DNA of 64,000 nt from a bacterium (GTDB taxonomy: Bacteria; Desulfobacterota; Binatia; UBA12015): assembly GCA_030430245.1 (NCBI GenBank), contig JAUIFY010000002.1, positions 2,659-66,658 of the forward strand. The letters run 5' to 3'. The notes beneath the pieces are model-generated. The model was not told the origin of the DNA and ran no database searches. It saw nothing but the letters and a program-made list of their open reading frames with translations. The first letter of the stretch is position 1. The number at the start of each line of letters is the position of its first letter. A program made the translations under genes and the position numbers. Positions 32,301 through 40,232 of the stretch are shown in pieces.

Positions 32301-34296
32301 CCTCTTCCTCCGCGTCGATCACGACGAGAAGATCTCCGGCACCGACCTGCTGCCCCGGTTTGACGTAGACCTCCTTCACGACGCCGGAGACGGGAGCCCG
32401 GAACCCGATCTCCATCTTCATGGCCTCGAGGACGCCGAGCGTCCGACCAGATTCCACCTCGTCTCCGACCGCCACCTGCAGAGCGACCAGGAGCGCGGGC
32501 GTGTCCGCGCGAACCTGGCCGGCGGCCTGGGTGCTGAATCGGAAGGGAATCCCGTCGATCTCGAGACGGAGGGACGTATCGCTCCGGTCGTAGACCAAGC
32601 GACGGGCGCGCCCCCCGATCTCGAAGCGGGCCGTGTGCGCGTCGCGCAACGCGAGCGTCGCGATGGCGACGTTCTCTCCGAGCTGCACGCGGTAGCGCCA
32701 CGCACCGATGCCGTACACCCGAAGTCGGGCACCGCGGCCTTCGGACGTGAGATCGATCTCCTGACCGGCCGACGGCGGGATGCGCGAGCGAACGATGTGC
32801 GTCGAATCGGTGTAGAACCGCCGCCGCGCCCGGTCGCGGCTCTGCTGATAGGCGAGGATGGCCGCGGCCACCAACGCGTGCCGCGCGTCCTCGTCGCTGC
32901 CCTGGGAGAGCGCCGCGGCGGTCTCCTCGCGATCGAGCCAGGCGGTGTCGACGGTCCCGTCGCGAAACGCCGGCGCGTCGAGCAGCGCGAGCAGGTAGCC
33001 CTTGTTGGTCGCACCCCCCTCGACCACGAGATCGAGATCGGCCAGCGCCGCCTGCAGCCGCGAGCGCGCCTCCTCGCGCGACCGGCCGGACGCCATCACC
33101 TTGGCGATCAGCGAATCGAACGCCGCCGGGATCGTGCTCCCCACGGCGACTCCGCTGTCGACCCGAACCCCGGGGCCCAGCGCCGCGTCGAAGCGCCCGA
33201 CCCGGCCGGGCGACGGCAGGAAGCCGGCGGCCGGATCCTCCGCACAAAGGCGGGCCTCGATCGCGACGCCGCGCTCCACGACCTCGAGATCGCCGATCGA
33301 CTCGCCACGCGCGATTCGGATCTGCAGCTCGACCAGGTCGATGCCGGTGATCGACTCGGTGATGCCATGCTCCACCTGAAGCCGCGGGTTCACCTCGAGG
33401 AAGTGGAACGCGTCGCCGAACACGAGGAACTCGACCGTCCCCGCGCCGTGGTAGTCGACGGCGCGCGCCGCGCGGATCGCCGCGTCGCAGACCGCCTCCC
33501 GAACGGAGGCCGGCAGATTCGGAGGCGGCGCCTCTTCGAGCACCTTCTGGTGCCGCCGCTGCACAGAACAATCGCGGCACCCGAGCGCGACGAGGTGCCC
33601 GTGCAGATCGCCGACGATCTGCACCTCGATGTGTCGTCCGCGCGAGATCCTCTGCTCGAGAAAGACGCGGTCGTCGCCGAAGGCCGCGGCGGCCTCGGCG
33701 CGCGCACTCCGGTACGCGTCGGCCAGACCGCGGGAGCTCTCGACCGCGCGGATCCCTCGCCCTCCGCCGCCGGCGGACGCCTTGATCATGAGCGGATATC
33801 CGACGACTTCCGCGGCGCGATACGCCTCCTCCTCGTCGGCGAGCGCGCCGCCACTCCAGGGCGTCACGGGAACGCCCGCCGACTCGGCGAGCTGCTTCGC
33901 GGCGATCTTGTCGCCGAGCGCTCTCATCGTCTCCGCCGACGGCCCCAGGAACCGGATCCCCGCCGCATCCAGCCGATCGACGAACTCGGGCGACTCCGAG
34001 ACGAACCCCCACCCCGGCCAGACGGCGTCCGCATCCACGTCGCGGAGCGCGCGCAGGAGCAGGTCGACGTCGAGGTAGGACTGGACCGGTGTCGCGCGCG
34101 CCTCGAGCCGATGGGCCTCGTCCGCGTGGCGAACGAAGGGAGCGTCCACATCGGGGTCGGTATGGAGAGCGATCGCGACGAGATCCGATCCCTCGCGGAG
34201 GCGAAGAGCCTTGACCGTGCGAATGCACCGCATCGCGGCCTCGCCGCGATTCACGATCGCGAGGCGTCGGATCGATCGCTTCGCGGGACCGCTCAT
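29317..34296 (-). CDS. Single-polypeptide acyl-CoA carboxylase (biotin carboxylase - BCCP - carboxyltransferase fusion)
   Basis: 1659 aa from ATG 34296. Has the BC N-terminus RLAIVNRGEAAMRCIRT, the ATP-grasp MIKASAGGGGRGIR, the biotinyl-lysine motif LEAMKMEI, and a C-terminal ~900 aa of carboxyltransferase-like sequence (GGARI, ANLSGFDGSPES). It is the inner part of track ORF 29317..34695. Confidence 0.9.
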   Translation of the reverse strand: MSGPAKRSIRRLAIVNRGEAAMRCIRTVKALRLREGSDLVAIALHTDPDVDAPFVRHADEAHRLEARATPVQSYLDVDLLLRALRDVDADAVWPGWGFVSESPEFVDRLDAAGIRFLGPSAETMRALGDKIAAKQLAESAGVPVTPWSGGALADEEEAYRAAEVVGYPLMIKASAGGGGRGIRAVESSRGLADAYRSARAEAAAAFGDDRVFLEQRISRGRHIEVQIVGDLHGHLVALGCRDCSVQRRHQKVLEEAPPPNLPASVREAVCDAAIRAARAVDYHGAGTVEFLVFGDAFHFLEVNPRLQVEHGITESITGIDLVELQIRIARGESIGDLEVVERGVAIEARLCAEDPAAGFLPSPGRVGRFDAALGPGVRVDSGVAVGSTIPAAFDSLIAKVMASGRSREEARSRLQAALADLDLVVEGGATNKGYLLALLDAPAFRDGTVDTAWLDREETAAALSQGSDEDARHALVAAAILAYQQSRDRARRRFYTDSTHIVRSRIPPSAGQEIDLTSEGRGARLRVYGIGAWRYRVQLGENVAIATLALRDAHTARFEIGGRARRLVYDRSDTSLRLEIDGIPFRFSTQAAGQVRADTPALLVALQVAVGDEVESGRTLGVLEAMKMEIGFRAPVSGVVKEVYVKPGQQVGAGDLLVVIDAEEEASSPTSRGALSLPRTNDVAPHRLARDEIRRALLGYDLDEERGEELVRFLDESPLPDRTTREGRRELNDVRRAIVLFSDIEQLFLRLPQSVPGGEVGPSNNTLLRTFVRRLHAGGAGLPESFLGRVRAALVHYGVTDLSDTDPLERAVLRLLASQQTAALRHRLVLGSIRRLVGLGESSRKLRREEALAEALSNIGAMRGLVSDALADAALEARHELFDKPRLERRLARVGPRKTAPRRPDLGIERLAKFDLEEIPAGPGLRCFFGRGRDVAGDDRVFVFGEIPGESDDRGRVTSAHLAAFEIAFQRATTAMRTILADRDPERRLQWNRITLFVEPALVVGPELAADLADRLAPATRRLGLEKVVLRLNLLDPDQPEKPAVEKEIVVDDVTGSQMRMFLRDPDRAPVEPATEYERKVAQARRRRLVHPYEIVRMRGGTFEEFDLDEDGGARAVHREPGRNTCGVVFGLLRTETPEVPEGIERVLLLSDPTRGMGSLAAAECDRIVAALDLAEERGVPVEWVPISSGARIAMDSGTENLDATARVVRRIVRFTQSRGVIHVIVYGVNVGAQSYWDALATMLPHTRGALFMTPTGSMVLTGRDALEASGAVAAEDEIAIGGFERIAGPNGECQYFAGDLSEAFALLDRHYRYTYAVAGEWHPRRRPTEDPFDRDVSQSPYEANGDTSFATIGEIFSPDSNPGRKRPFAMRPVMASLIDRDGGSLERWHGWQGAETAIVWDAQLGGFPISLVGIESRSLARQGYRSFDGPADWSGGTLYPLSSRKIARALNAASGNRPVVFLANLSGFDGSPESLRRLQLEYGAEIARAVVNFDGPLLFLVVSRYHGGAYVVFSRSLNPGLQAMALEGSYASVIGGGPAAKVVFTREVESRAAASARVRELRAKLASSRSVALRSELEEALAEARLEAQARVAAEFDAIHTVERARDVGSLQQILPLRRMRPSLIAALEEALGRASGTASGRARATVARAGAGDDGVD

Positions 34297-34895
34297 GGGC
34301 TCCACCGTGCACCCGGACCCAGCTCGCACGCAAACCCCACGAACCGGCCGTGGTGAGAAAGAGACAGCGACGCGTCGAGCCGACGACTCCGGCAGCGGAG
34401 GACCGGCACGCGGTCTTCCCCCTTCTCGATCCGCAGCGCGTCCACCGACTCCCCCAGCGCGTCCGCCAGCTCTCGAACGGCGAGGCGACGGACCGCGGCA
34501 CGCGGGTCGGAGTCTCCGACGCGACGAACCGCCGACACGGTGCGCGCACCGGGCGATCCCGGCGCGTCCCAGGCCACCGCGTGCACGCGGTCGTCCTCCA
34601 GGTCGAGGCGCACCGACAAGACCCGGTCCCGCCATCGGACGTCGGCCCCGGTCGGACCCCGGCGGTCCACGACGAGCTCGACCGGGGAGAAGCACACCGT
34701 GCGGTCACGAGCGCGAAGACATTTGTACGCCGCCTCCTTCGCCGCCCAACGGAGCCATCTCTCGCGGACGGGCTCGGGGCTCTCGGCGATGGCGTGCCGC
34801 TCCGGGGGCGAGAACACCCGCGCATCGAACCGTGGATGCGCGCGACCGGGCCGCGCCTCGGGATCCGCGAGATCGACGACGTCGTTTCCGATCAC
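34293..34895 (-). CDS. 4-prime-phosphopantetheinyl transferase superfamily protein
   Basis: The GTG start overlaps the upstream stop (GTGA), and its own stop overlaps the carboxylase ATG (ATGA). Has IGNDVVDL, WAAKEAAYK and SLSHHG. Confidence 0.75.
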   Translation of the reverse strand: MIGNDVVDLADPEARPGRAHPRFDARVFSPPERHAIAESPEPVRERWLRWAAKEAAYKCLRARDRTVCFSPVELVVDRRGPTGADVRWRDRVLSVRLDLEDDRVHAVAWDAPGSPGARTVSAVRRVGDSDPRAAVRRLAVRELADALGESVDALRIEKGEDRVPVLRCRSRRLDASLSLSHHGRFVGFACELGPGARWSP

Positions 34896-35650
34896 GCCGC
34901 CTCTCCCAGGACCTGCTTCTCGAGCGCCGACAGCTCCTCGACGATCTGGCGTGAGATCTCGAGCGATGCGCGCACGCCCCGCTTCGACGACCGGGGCTCC
35001 AGAAGGGACGCCTTCACATGAAACGTCTCGCCCCGCGCCGGAACGTCACTCATCTCGTGTTGTCCTTCGCCCCGCACGTACAGGCAGAGGACCCGGCAGC
35101 CCGGCACCGATCCCACGATCCGACCGACCCCGTGAGCCGCGTTCTCGACCTCGACCCGTCCGCTTCGCGCGCGACCGCCTTCCGGGAAGATCAAGACGAC
35201 GTCGCCCATGAGGAGAACGTGACGAACGCGATCGAGGACGGCCGCGACCTCCGCCCGGTTCGAGCCGCGCGTGATCGGGATGCAACGCATGAGGTACACG
35301 AGGACCCGGCGCACGAGCGAGCTTCCGAAGTTCCGCCACTCCGGCACGTTCCACGGAAGCGACGAGAAGTGGCGCAGGTACCACCCCGGAGACCCGAGGG
35401 CCCACGCGACGATCGCGGAGTCGAGCATCGTGAGGTGGTTGGCGCAGACGACGAGGGGCGTGTCGCTCTCGGCGCGGATCTGCTGGTACTGGCGCCGGAC
35501 CCGCGCCACTTCCGCGATCCTCCAGCGGAAGCCGAAGCGCATCAGACCGACGACGATCGGCACCCAGACGATCCCCAGAGCCCGCCCGATCTCCCTCTGG
35601 AGCAGGAGCCGTGCGCGCTCCCGGCCGGGGAGCGCGCCTCGCTCTACCAT
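34892..35650 (-). CDS. PlsC-type (lysophospholipid/1-acylglycerol-3-phosphate) acyltransferase
   Basis: ATG 35650. Has the HX4D motif CANHLTMLD, FPEGGRARSG, and an N-terminal hydrophobic segment. Confidence 0.8.
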   Translation of the reverse strand: MVERGALPGRERARLLLQREIGRALGIVWVPIVVGLMRFGFRWRIAEVARVRRQYQQIRAESDTPLVVCANHLTMLDSAIVAWALGSPGWYLRHFSSLPWNVPEWRNFGSSLVRRVLVYLMRCIPITRGSNRAEVAAVLDRVRHVLLMGDVVLIFPEGGRARSGRVEVENAAHGVGRIVGSVPGCRVLCLYVRGEGQHEMSDVPARGETFHVKASLLEPRSSKRGVRASLEISRQIVEELSALEKQVLGEAA

Positions 35651-35654
35651 GGAA

Positions 35655-35909
35655 TCAGCTGATCTTGGCTTCGATGAGCCGGACTGCGTCGCCCACGGTG
35701 TTGACGCCGTCGATGTCCTCATCGGCGATCTCGATGTCGAACTCGTCCTCGAAGGACAGGACGGCGTCGACGAGACGGGCCGAGTTCACCTTCAGGTCGT
35801 CGAGGATCCCCGTATCGGCGCTCACGTTGGCCAGCGCCTCTTCGTCCTTCGCGAACGGCGTGAGAATCTTGACGACGCGATCCATCACCTGGGTTTGTGC
35901 TTCCGTCAT
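35655..35909 (-). CDS. Acyl carrier protein
   Basis: 84 aa, acidic, with AGGAGG upstream of ATG 35909. The candidate phosphopantetheine-attachment region is ILDDLKVNSARLVDAV. Confidence 0.85.
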   Translation of the reverse strand: MTEAQTQVMDRVVKILTPFAKDEEALANVSADTGILDDLKVNSARLVDAVLSFEDEFDIEIADEDIDGVNTVGDAVRLIEAKIS

Positions 35910-35956
35910 GGTTCCTACCTCCTATGGGTCCAGAAACGAGGCGTCTTCGCCCCGGG

Positions 35957-37261
35957 TCAGCCTTCCCAGCTTCCGAAGACGATGCAGGAGTTGACGTCGC
36001 CGAAGCCGAACCCGGCCTTGGCGACGACCCGCATGTCGGGAAGCGAGAGCGCGGTGTGCGGGATCGACTCCGCCCACGGCTCGATCTCTTCGTGCACGTC
36101 CTCGCAGTTGATCGACGGGTGAATGAAGTGCTCGCGCAGCATCAGCACCGAAGCGACGCACTCCACGGCACCGGCGGCGCCCAGACAGTGTCCCACCATC
36201 GACTTCGTCGACGTGATGGGGGGCAAGCCGCGACCGTTGCACCCGAGGGCCTCCGACCACGCCTTCACCTCGCGGGGATCGGCGCCGGTGGCCGTCAGGT
36301 GGCCGTTGATCGCGTCGACGTCGGCACCCGAGACCCCCGCGTCGCGAAGGGCTCCCTCGATGCAACGGCGAACACCCTCGGGGTTCGGCGCCGTCATGCT
36401 GCCGCCCCCGCGATGACCGCCGCAGTTCAGCATGCCCCCGAGGACCTCGGCCTGGATCGTCGCGCCGCGTTCCCGCGCGCTCTCGAGGCTCTCCAGCACG
36501 ACGACCCCCGCGCCCGACCCGGGCACGAAGCCGCCCGCGCTCGCACTCATGGGACGCGACGCGCGCCCGGGCTCGTCGTTCGAACCCCGGTTCAGGACGC
36601 GCATCGCGTCGAAGCCGGCCCACACGTAGTGGCTCGCGCCCTCCGTGCCTCCGCAGAGCATCCGCCGCGCCTGACCAGAGCGAATCCGCTGCGCCCCTTC
36701 GAGGAGGGCCTCGGTCCCCGTGCTGCACGCGCTCGAGTTCGTCGTCACCTGGTTGCCCAGCGCGAGGAGGCCGGAGACACGGGCGGAGATGCCGCTCGCC
36801 ATCACCTGCTCGACGGCCGTGCTCCCCAGACGGCGAACCTTGCCCGCGTCCGTCAGGGGCACGACCTTCTCGCCGATCGTGTCCATGCCTCCGATGCCGG
36901 TTCCGAGAACGGCTCCGGTGTCCCAGTCGACCGTGTCGCCCGCGACGTCGGGGCGGTCGAGGCCGGCGTCTTCCCACGCTTCGAGTGCCGCGAGGCAGCC
37001 GTACCGGTGGCCGGCGTTCATCGCGAGCAGCTCGTCCGGCGCGAAGGTCGCCTCGGCCAGCTCGTCGACGCCGTCGGGCACTCCCGCGACGCGACAGCCG
37101 AAGCCGAGCTCCTCGAGCTTGGGGAGCGCGCGAATTCCCGAGCGGCCCTCGCGAATGGCGGCGGCGAACGGACGCGCGCCGATCGCGTTCGGCGCCACGA
37201 TCCCGACGCCCGTCACGACGACGCGCTCGTGGTCCGGGCGGTTCCGCGGATCTTCACTCAT
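35957..37261 (-). CDS. Beta-ketoacyl-ACP synthase I/II family (elongating KAS)
   Basis: Has Cys-His-His triad motifs NSSACSTG, INGHLTATG and KSMVGHCLGAAG, and the N-terminus RVVVTGVGIVAPN. ATG 37261 overlaps the FabZ-like stop by 8 nt. Confidence 0.9.
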   Translation of the reverse strand: MSEDPRNRPDHERVVVTGVGIVAPNAIGARPFAAAIREGRSGIRALPKLEELGFGCRVAGVPDGVDELAEATFAPDELLAMNAGHRYGCLAALEAWEDAGLDRPDVAGDTVDWDTGAVLGTGIGGMDTIGEKVVPLTDAGKVRRLGSTAVEQVMASGISARVSGLLALGNQVTTNSSACSTGTEALLEGAQRIRSGQARRMLCGGTEGASHYVWAGFDAMRVLNRGSNDEPGRASRPMSASAGGFVPGSGAGVVVLESLESARERGATIQAEVLGGMLNCGGHRGGGSMTAPNPEGVRRCIEGALRDAGVSGADVDAINGHLTATGADPREVKAWSEALGCNGRGLPPITSTKSMVGHCLGAAGAVECVASVLMLREHFIHPSINCEDVHEEIEPWAESIPHTALSLPDMRVVAKAGFGFGDVNSCIVFGSWEG

Positions 37262-37703
37262 GGGGCACCCCCATTCCCGAGAGCGTGGCGCGGCAGACCA
37301 CATGGCCGTCTTCGCGACGCATCTCGACCTCCGACTTGAGCTTGCGGTGGCGGAAGAAGATCTTGCGCCCCTCGATCAACACCCGCTCGCCCGGCTTCAC
37401 CACGCCGTCGAACTCGACCGCGGCGTCGGTGAAGAGGGTGAGCAAGTTCGCACCGGCGCCCGTGCGCGCCTGCTCCTCGAGGAGGTAGATGCCGTGCGCG
37501 ACCACGCCCGCCTGGGCCATCGCCTCGACGAGAATCACGCCGGGCGTGATCGGGTTCCCGGGGAAGTGTCCCCGGTAGAAGTCGGCGTCCTCCTTGAAAC
37601 GGACCGCCGCCCGGATGTGCTGGTCGTCGACGTCGAGGATCTCGTCGATGAACCGGAACGGCTCGGCCTGCGGGACTCGCGCGAGAAGCTCTTCCGTGGT
37701 CAT
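37254..37703 (-). CDS. FabZ-like 3-hydroxyacyl-ACP dehydratase (hot-dog fold)
   Basis: FYRGHFPGNPITPGVILVEAMAQ matches the FabZ active-site motif. The ATG overlaps the FabA stop (ATGA). Confidence 0.85.
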   Translation of the reverse strand: MTTEELLARVPQAEPFRFIDEILDVDDQHIRAAVRFKEDADFYRGHFPGNPITPGVILVEAMAQAGVVAHGIYLLEEQARTGAGANLLTLFTDAAVEFDGVVKPGERVLIEGRKIFFRHRKLKSEVEMRREDGHVVCRATLSGMGVPHE

Positions 37704-38290
37704 GCGAGCCTCCCTCCGCGCGACCGCTCGGAGGCGGCCGGGTAGTCCGCATAGCGGATGTTCTGGAAGAGGCCGACGCGCGCTTGCTTGACCGTGTAGA
37801 TCGGATCGCCGTCGACGAGGACGGTCGCGTCACCGATCGCGAGCGCGGCGTTCTTCGCGGGGAGATCGGTAAAGCGTCGGATGTCGACCTCGGTCCGGAC
37901 GACCGCGTCGTGGGGGCGGATCTGACCGCTGAACTCGACCTCCCCACAGCCCAGCGCGCGACCGGTGCCCATCGCACCCGCCCATCCACAGTAGAAGCCG
38001 ATCAGCTGCCAGACCCCGTCAACCCCCAGACACCCCGGCTGCACCGGATCGCCGAGGAAGTGACATTGGAAGAACCAGTCGTCGAGGCGCACGTCGCGCT
38101 CTCCGACGATGCGCCCCTTCGCGCCCCGGGACTCCAACTCGAGGATGCGGTCGAGCATCAGCATCGGCGGAGTGGGCAGTCGTGAGACGAAGCCCGCCGG
38201 AGGATCCGAGACGAGGCGACCGTGTGCATGCGCGAGAAGCTCCTCGCGGGAGAAGCTCGCGCGGCGCCGGAACCGTTCGTAGGTCAGCAT
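37700..38290 (-). CDS. fabA: FabA-type 3-hydroxyacyl-ACP dehydratase/isomerase
   Basis: 196 aa from ATG 38290. WFFQCHFLGDPVQPGCLGVDGVWQL matches the FabA His-active-site block. It is the C-terminal part of track ORF 37700..38770. Confidence 0.8.
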   Translation of the reverse strand: MLTYERFRRRASFSREELLAHAHGRLVSDPPAGFVSRLPTPPMLMLDRILELESRGAKGRIVGERDVRLDDWFFQCHFLGDPVQPGCLGVDGVWQLIGFYCGWAGAMGTGRALGCGEVEFSGQIRPHDAVVRTEVDIRRFTDLPAKNAALAIGDATVLVDGDPIYTVKQARVGLFQNIRYADYPAASERSRGGRLA

Positions 38291-39294
38291 GCGCCCGCTC
38301 CCGCCGAAGGACCGAAGCGAAGGAGGCACGACGACCAGCTCAGTCCGGCCCCGACGCCGGCGAGCGCGACGTCGTCGCGGGGCTCCCACGCGTCCCAGAG
38401 CTGCGAGATCACCGACGGGGCTCCCGCCGCCGCCGTGTTTCCGAACCATTCGACGTTGCTGTGGTGCGACTCCGCCGGCACGTCGGCGAACCGACAGACG
38501 GACTCGAGCATCCGGAGGTTCGCCTGGTGCCCGACGAAGTGCATTCGTCGGCCCTCTTCGGCGAACGCTTCCCGCAGACGCTCGACCATGCGCGTCGTCT
38601 TCTTGATCGCGAAGGTCTGAACGGCCCGACCGTCCTGCCGGAAATGTCCCGTACGCGGAACGACGACCTTGTCCGCACCCGCCGGACTCGACTCGAATGC
38701 GTTGTCGAGAAACTCGGCTCGGCCCGGCACCCGCGTCGACACCACCGCCGCCACCGCTCCGTCGCCCCACAGCACGGCCGACGAGCGATCACCGTAGTCG
38801 ACGGCGCGCGTGACCGCCTCGGGACACACGACGAGCACGTACTCCGGCAGCTTCTCGGGCTGCATGAGCGAAAGCACGTAGAGGTTCGCGAAGAAGCTCG
38901 TGCACGCCGAGTTCACGTCGAGCGCCGGAACCTCGAGCTCGAGCGCCCCCGCGACGTTGCACGCATCGGCCGGGGTCGCCGTATCCATCATCGACGAGCC
39001 CGCGAGCACCAGTCCGATGTCGGATCTGGCGATCCCGGCCCGCTCGATCGCGAGCTCCGCCGCACGCCGTCCCGCCTCCGCGTGCGTGTAGAGCGTCGCC
39101 TCGGCGGCCTCCCGCGGGTCTCGGTTGCGCGTCTGCCGGATGTAGTCGAGAGGCAACGTGGTGCGCCGCGAGCGGATCCCGACGCGCTCGAGGATCCACT
39201 CGTCGGTCGTGCCGATGTCGAGATCCTCGAGAAACGCGTTCGTGATCTCGTTCTCGGGATGGAAGTGCCCCAGACCGTGGAGAAAGAGGCTCAC
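38284..39294 (-). CDS. Beta-ketoacyl-ACP synthase III (FabH-like)
   Basis: GTG 39294 overlaps the upstream stop (GTGA). Has Cys-His-Asn motifs DVNSACTSF, FVGHQANLRM and WFGNTAAAGAP. Confidence 0.85.
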   Translation of the reverse strand: MSLFLHGLGHFHPENEITNAFLEDLDIGTTDEWILERVGIRSRRTTLPLDYIRQTRNRDPREAAEATLYTHAEAGRRAAELAIERAGIARSDIGLVLAGSSMMDTATPADACNVAGALELEVPALDVNSACTSFFANLYVLSLMQPEKLPEYVLVVCPEAVTRAVDYGDRSSAVLWGDGAVAAVVSTRVPGRAEFLDNAFESSPAGADKVVVPRTGHFRQDGRAVQTFAIKKTTRMVERLREAFAEEGRRMHFVGHQANLRMLESVCRFADVPAESHHSNVEWFGNTAAAGAPSVISQLWDAWEPRDDVALAGVGAGLSWSSCLLRFGPSAGAGAC

Positions 39295-40232
39295 GACGTC
39301 GCCCCCGAGATGTGCTCGCCACCGTCGACGCGAATGACCTCGCCGTTGATCCAGCTCGCCTCGTCGGTCGAGAGCAGGCAGATCACGTTCGCGACGTCCT
39401 CGGGCGTGGTGAGCCGGTGGAAGGGATTGCGCAGGCGCGCCTGCGCCTTCAGATGTGCCGATCCCGGAATCGCCCGGAGGGCCGGGGTCTCGGTGATCCC
39501 CGCCTGGATGACGTTCGAGCGGATACCGTACGGCGCGAGCTCGACCGCCATCGTGCGCGACACCGACTCGAGCGCGACCTTCGCCGCGGCGACGGCCGCA
39601 TAGCCCTTCCACGCGACCGAGTTGCCTTCGCTGGTCAGGCCGAACACCCGGGCATCGTCCGCGAACAGACCGCGCGCGAGCGCGTCCTGCGTCCAGCTGA
39701 GGAGACTCGTCCCCATGCTGTGGATCGTGCGGGCGAAGTCCTCGTCCTCGAGGAACGCGGACGCGGGGTACGCGGGCGGGGTCGCCAGAGCGCCGAGCTC
39801 GTCGAGCCCCTCGTCGAAGAGCCGGTCGATCGCGGCCGAGACGGCATCGCCCTCGAGCCCGAGCTCGCTCGCGAGCCGGGCGACCGCCTCGTGCTCGGAG
39901 CGCCGCTCGGGAGCGACGAGCTTCAAATTGCCGAGCGCGACCGAGTGAAGGAGGACGCGCGCCCTTCCCGTCGACCCCATCTCCGCCGCGAGCGCCTCGA
40001 GGATCTCCCCTCGAACGTCCGCGGCGAGCGCATCGGCGTTGCGCGTCACCAAGGTTGCCCCCGTCGCGCGGATCCGGTCGAACTCCGGCTCGATCCGCGC
40101 CATCGCCCCGCGCCGGTCGCGGTGGACGATGAAGACGCTCATGCCGTGCGTTGCGAGCTTCCGAGCGGTCGCGAGACCGAAGCCGCTCGAGCCGCCGAGG
40201 ATGAGGGCCCAGTCGTCGGGCGAGAACTTCAT
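39291..40232 (-). CDS. FabI/FabL-type enoyl-ACP reductase-like SDR with a ~50-aa insertion
   Basis: GGAGGAG lies upstream of ATG 40232. Has the Rossmann motif ILGGSSGFGLA, LLHSVAL (FabI-like HSIAF), and Tyr-x6-Lys (YAAVAAAK) rather than the Tyr-x3-Lys of ketoreductases. Confidence 0.7.
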   Translation of the reverse strand: MKFSPDDWALILGGSSGFGLATARKLATHGMSVFIVHRDRRGAMARIEPEFDRIRATGATLVTRNADALAADVRGEILEALAAEMGSTGRARVLLHSVALGNLKLVAPERRSEHEAVARLASELGLEGDAVSAAIDRLFDEGLDELGALATPPAYPASAFLEDEDFARTIHSMGTSLLSWTQDALARGLFADDARVFGLTSEGNSVAWKGYAAVAAAKVALESVSRTMAVELAPYGIRSNVIQAGITETPALRAIPGSAHLKAQARLRNPFHRLTTPEDVANVICLLSTDEASWINGEVIRVDGGEHISGATS

